DNA of 64,000 nt from an uncultured Alphaproteobacteria bacterium. GTDB lineage: Bacteria; Pseudomonadota; Alphaproteobacteria; UBA7985; CAJQQZ01. The stretch covers positions 31,210 to 95,209 of the forward strand of contig CAJQQZ010000054.1 of the NCBI GenBank assembly GCA_905480575.1. The letters run 5' to 3'. Shown one piece after another: positions 61,808 to 64,000 of this stretch (positions within the stretch are counted from its first letter, which is position 1; each line of letters begins with the position of its first letter). The translations under genes were made by a program, and so were the position numbers. Under the pieces are notes generated by a model. That model made no database searches. It was not told where the DNA came from and saw only the letters and a program-made list of their open reading frames with translations.

Positions 61808-63253
61808 ATGATTAGAACCGGTGAACAGTATAGAGAGTCATTGAGAGATGGGCGTGAAGTCTATGTCGATGGTGTCCGTGTTGAGGACGTAACAACCAAT
61901 CCCACCATCATGCCTTCTATCGAAAACCGGGCGCGTATCTACGATATGCAGCATGAGGCAGCCACTCAGGAAATTATGACGTTCGAAGAGAACGGCGAAT
62001 TGTTCCCTGTCGGTAATCAGATCCCGACAACCCAAGAGCATTGGCACCGCAAGCGTAAGGCTGTCGATACTGTGATGAAAGACATCGGTGGTGTCGTAAC
62101 GCGCGTGGGTGATGAAACCGTTGGTGAAATGTGGTCACTGGCCGATGGCGCAGATATCCTGAACGAGATTGACCCTCGATTTGCCACCAATATCAACAAT
62201 CATATCAAGTTGGCAGTTGAGAACGATCCGTTCCACGTTTCCGCTAATACTGACCCCAAGGGCGACCGTTCACTTCGTCCGCAAGATCAAGACCCAGACA
62301 TGCTCACGCACGTGGTTAAGGAAACGGATGCTGGCATCATCATCCGCGGTGCCAAGTATGAGACGGCGGCATCCTATTCAAACCAAGCCTTCCTGAAGCC
62401 AACGATTGCTAACTGGGGCGATGCGTCCATTTCTGACTATGCACTGGGTTGCATCGTCAAAATGAACGCCCCTGGTGTTAAGCACATTTGCCGTTCTGGC
62501 TTCCAGCGGAATGGAACAGAACGCGACTATCCTTTGTCAAACAAGTTCGATGAAGTTGATACCATCATGATTTTGGATGACGTGCTGGTTCCTTGGGAAG
62601 ACGTTCTTTTCTATCAGCACACAAGAGCAGCAGCCTTCATCAGAACCACTTTGCACAGATATTCAGCGATGCCTTTTGTTCAGCGTTTAGTGACTTACGC
62701 TGATATGATGATTGGTGCTGCGCTGTGGAACATCAAGCAAACAGGCCTTGAAAAGCAACCAGCGGTTCAAGAAAAACTGGCTCAGCTGGCGGTCTACCGT
62801 GAGGGCATAAACGCTCACCTGACGGCCGCCGTCGCTTTGGCCGAAAAGAGCCCAGGTGGCTTCCTTATGCCAAATCAGTCTATGTTGATGACCGGCCGTG
62901 TTCATGCGATTTCTAACTTGCCTGCCATGATGCACATCGCGCGCGAGCTTTGTGGTGGACAGATTTGTATCACACCAGATGTTGCCTCCTTTGAGGGCGA
63001 GGAGACAGGCAAGTGGTTGAACAAATATTACTCCATCAATGACGCTTGGCAGTCGGATGACCGTCGTAAGCTTTTGGCCTTCGCGAGAGACCTTCTAAAT
63101 TCTTCTTACGCTGGCCATCGTTTGACCTTCCATCTCTTTGCACAGTCACCGCCTTTTGCCCATTTGGCCGCTGTTTACAGAAACTTCGGCTGGGATGGTC
63201 CACTTGACTTTGTTAAGGATGCCGCAGGCCTTTCGGATAAAATTACGAAGTAA
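61808..63253 (+). CDS. HpaB-family (4-hydroxyphenylacetate 3-monooxygenase oxygenase component-like) flavin-dependent monooxygenase
   Basis: 481 aa. MIRTGEQYRESLRDGREVY N-terminus characteristic of HpaB/group D flavin monooxygenases. Confidence 0.8.
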   Translation: MIRTGEQYRESLRDGREVYVDGVRVEDVTTNPTIMPSIENRARIYDMQHEAATQEIMTFEENGELFPVGNQIPTTQEHWHRKRKAVDTVMKDIGGVVTRVGDETVGEMWSLADGADILNEIDPRFATNINNHIKLAVENDPFHVSANTDPKGDRSLRPQDQDPDMLTHVVKETDAGIIIRGAKYETAASYSNQAFLKPTIANWGDASISDYALGCIVKMNAPGVKHICRSGFQRNGTERDYPLSNKFDEVDTIMILDDVLVPWEDVLFYQHTRAAAFIRTTLHRYSAMPFVQRLVTYADMMIGAALWNIKQTGLEKQPAVQEKLAQLAVYREGINAHLTAAVALAEKSPGGFLMPNQSMLMTGRVHAISNLPAMMHIARELCGGQICITPDVASFEGEETGKWLNKYYSINDAWQSDDRRKLLAFARDLLNSSYAGHRLTFHLFAQSPPFAHLAAVYRNFGWDGPLDFVKDAAGLSDKITK

Positions 63254-63267
63254 CAGGAGTTTCAATT

Positions 63268-64000
63268 ATGAACTCGGTTTCGCGGAAGATGACAGCAGCA
63301 GAAGAGCTACTCGAGTCAGTTTCTGTGCCGTTTGAGAAGGCACATGCCATGCCGAAATCGGTCTATACTTCGGAGGAGTTTCTCAAGCATGAGATCGAGG
63401 ATGTCTTTGGTCAGGAGTGGTTTTGTGTTGGCCGTGCCTCGACCTTGGATAAACCAGGTGACTACCGAACTTTGGAGCTGGCGGGCCAACCCATCATGGT
63501 TATACGTGGCAAGGATGGTGAACTGAAGGCGCAATCGAACGTTTGTCTCCACCGCATGTCGACCCTGTTGGATGGCAGTGGTAATACGAAGTCAATTGTT
63601 TGTCCTTACCATGCTTGGACTTATGGCATAGATGGCAATCTTCGCGGTGCGCCGGCGATGACATTGAACGAAGGCTTCTGCAAAGAGCACTATCGTTTGC
63701 CGCAAGTGCGTTGTGAGGTTTGGCTCGGCTGGATCATGATTTCACTCAATCCTGATGCGCCATCGACCGCAGAACACTTCGGTGAAGTCGAGGCACTGAT
63801 TGAAGATTTCGGCATGGAAGACTACGTTGAAACTTTCTATGAGACTCACAATTGGAACACCAATTGGAAAGTGCTCGCTGAAAACTTCATGGAATCCTAC
63901 CACCTCCCTGTGTGTCATGCCGGAACCATTGGTGGGCTTTCAAAGTTGGAAGAAATGGATTGCCCTCCAGGCTTAGCGACTTTCAACTATCATTGGATAC
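63268..64000 (+). CDS. Rieske non-heme iron oxygenase alpha subunit, 5' partial (runs off the window)
   Basis: ATG 63268. Rieske motif CLHRMSTL…CPYHAW. Not in the ORF track because no stop falls in the window. Confidence 0.75.
   Translation, partial: MNSVSRKMTAAEELLESVSVPFEKAHAMPKSVYTSEEFLKHEIEDVFGQEWFCVGRASTLDKPGDYRTLELAGQPIMVIRGKDGELKAQSNVCLHRMSTLLDGSGNTKSIVCPYHAWTYGIDGNLRGAPAMTLNEGFCKEHYRLPQVRCEVWLGWIMISLNPDAPSTAEHFGEVEALIEDFGMEDYVETFYETHNWNTNWKVLAENFMESYHLPVCHAGTIGGLSKLEEMDCPPGLATFNYHWI

Overview
The window reads as a chromosomal segment from a Gram-negative bacterium of roughly 50% GC; the gene content suggests a marine alphaproteobacterium, which is inference only. It is densely coding, with about 70 genes, and no rRNA, tRNA, CRISPR array or transposase was found. 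The main feature at 1-15 kb is a protocatechuate/gallate 4,5-cleavage cluster (ligI partial, PrpF-like tautomerase, ligK-type aldolase and GalB-type hydratase on the minus strand; a LysR regulator and DUF1932 oxidoreductase-ligA-ligB-ligC on the plus strand). These lig genes are tightly packed with, and appear co-transcribed with, a 1061-aa ORF that fuses a cobalamin/4Fe-4S reductive dehalogenase (RdhA) module to a PDR/VanB-type FNR-like plus 2Fe-2S reductase. That is the architecture of a self-sufficient, BhbA-like catabolic dehalogenase. Downstream in the same operon are a crotonase, an isochorismatase-like hydrolase, an MFS transporter and an acyl-CoA dehydrogenase. Together this suggests an aerobic pathway that feeds halogenated hydroxybenzoates or phenylpropanoids into PCA 4,5-cleavage. 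Other notable elements: a cobalamin riboswitch at about 42.08-42.26 kb upstream of only a 92-aa unknown ORF; a LysR regulator with a tandem duplicated HTH domain; a TAT-exported carotenoid-oxygenase-family enzyme in a cluster with DUF2141, DUF2306, a membrane LytTR regulator and a sterol-desaturase-like hydroxylase; an MBL-fold hydrolase interrupted by a single in-frame amber codon; a tungsten/molybdenum AOR-family oxidoreductase; and two Rieske oxygenase alpha subunits plus an HpaB-family monooxygenase without obvious reductase partners. Housekeeping content includes pntAB, pdxJ, def-fmt-truA, an SPFH/NfeD pair, a Kef-type antiporter and a choline-sulfatase-like gene. ORF-track coordinates include the stop codon. 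Starts shown as M in the track are sometimes TTG or GTG.
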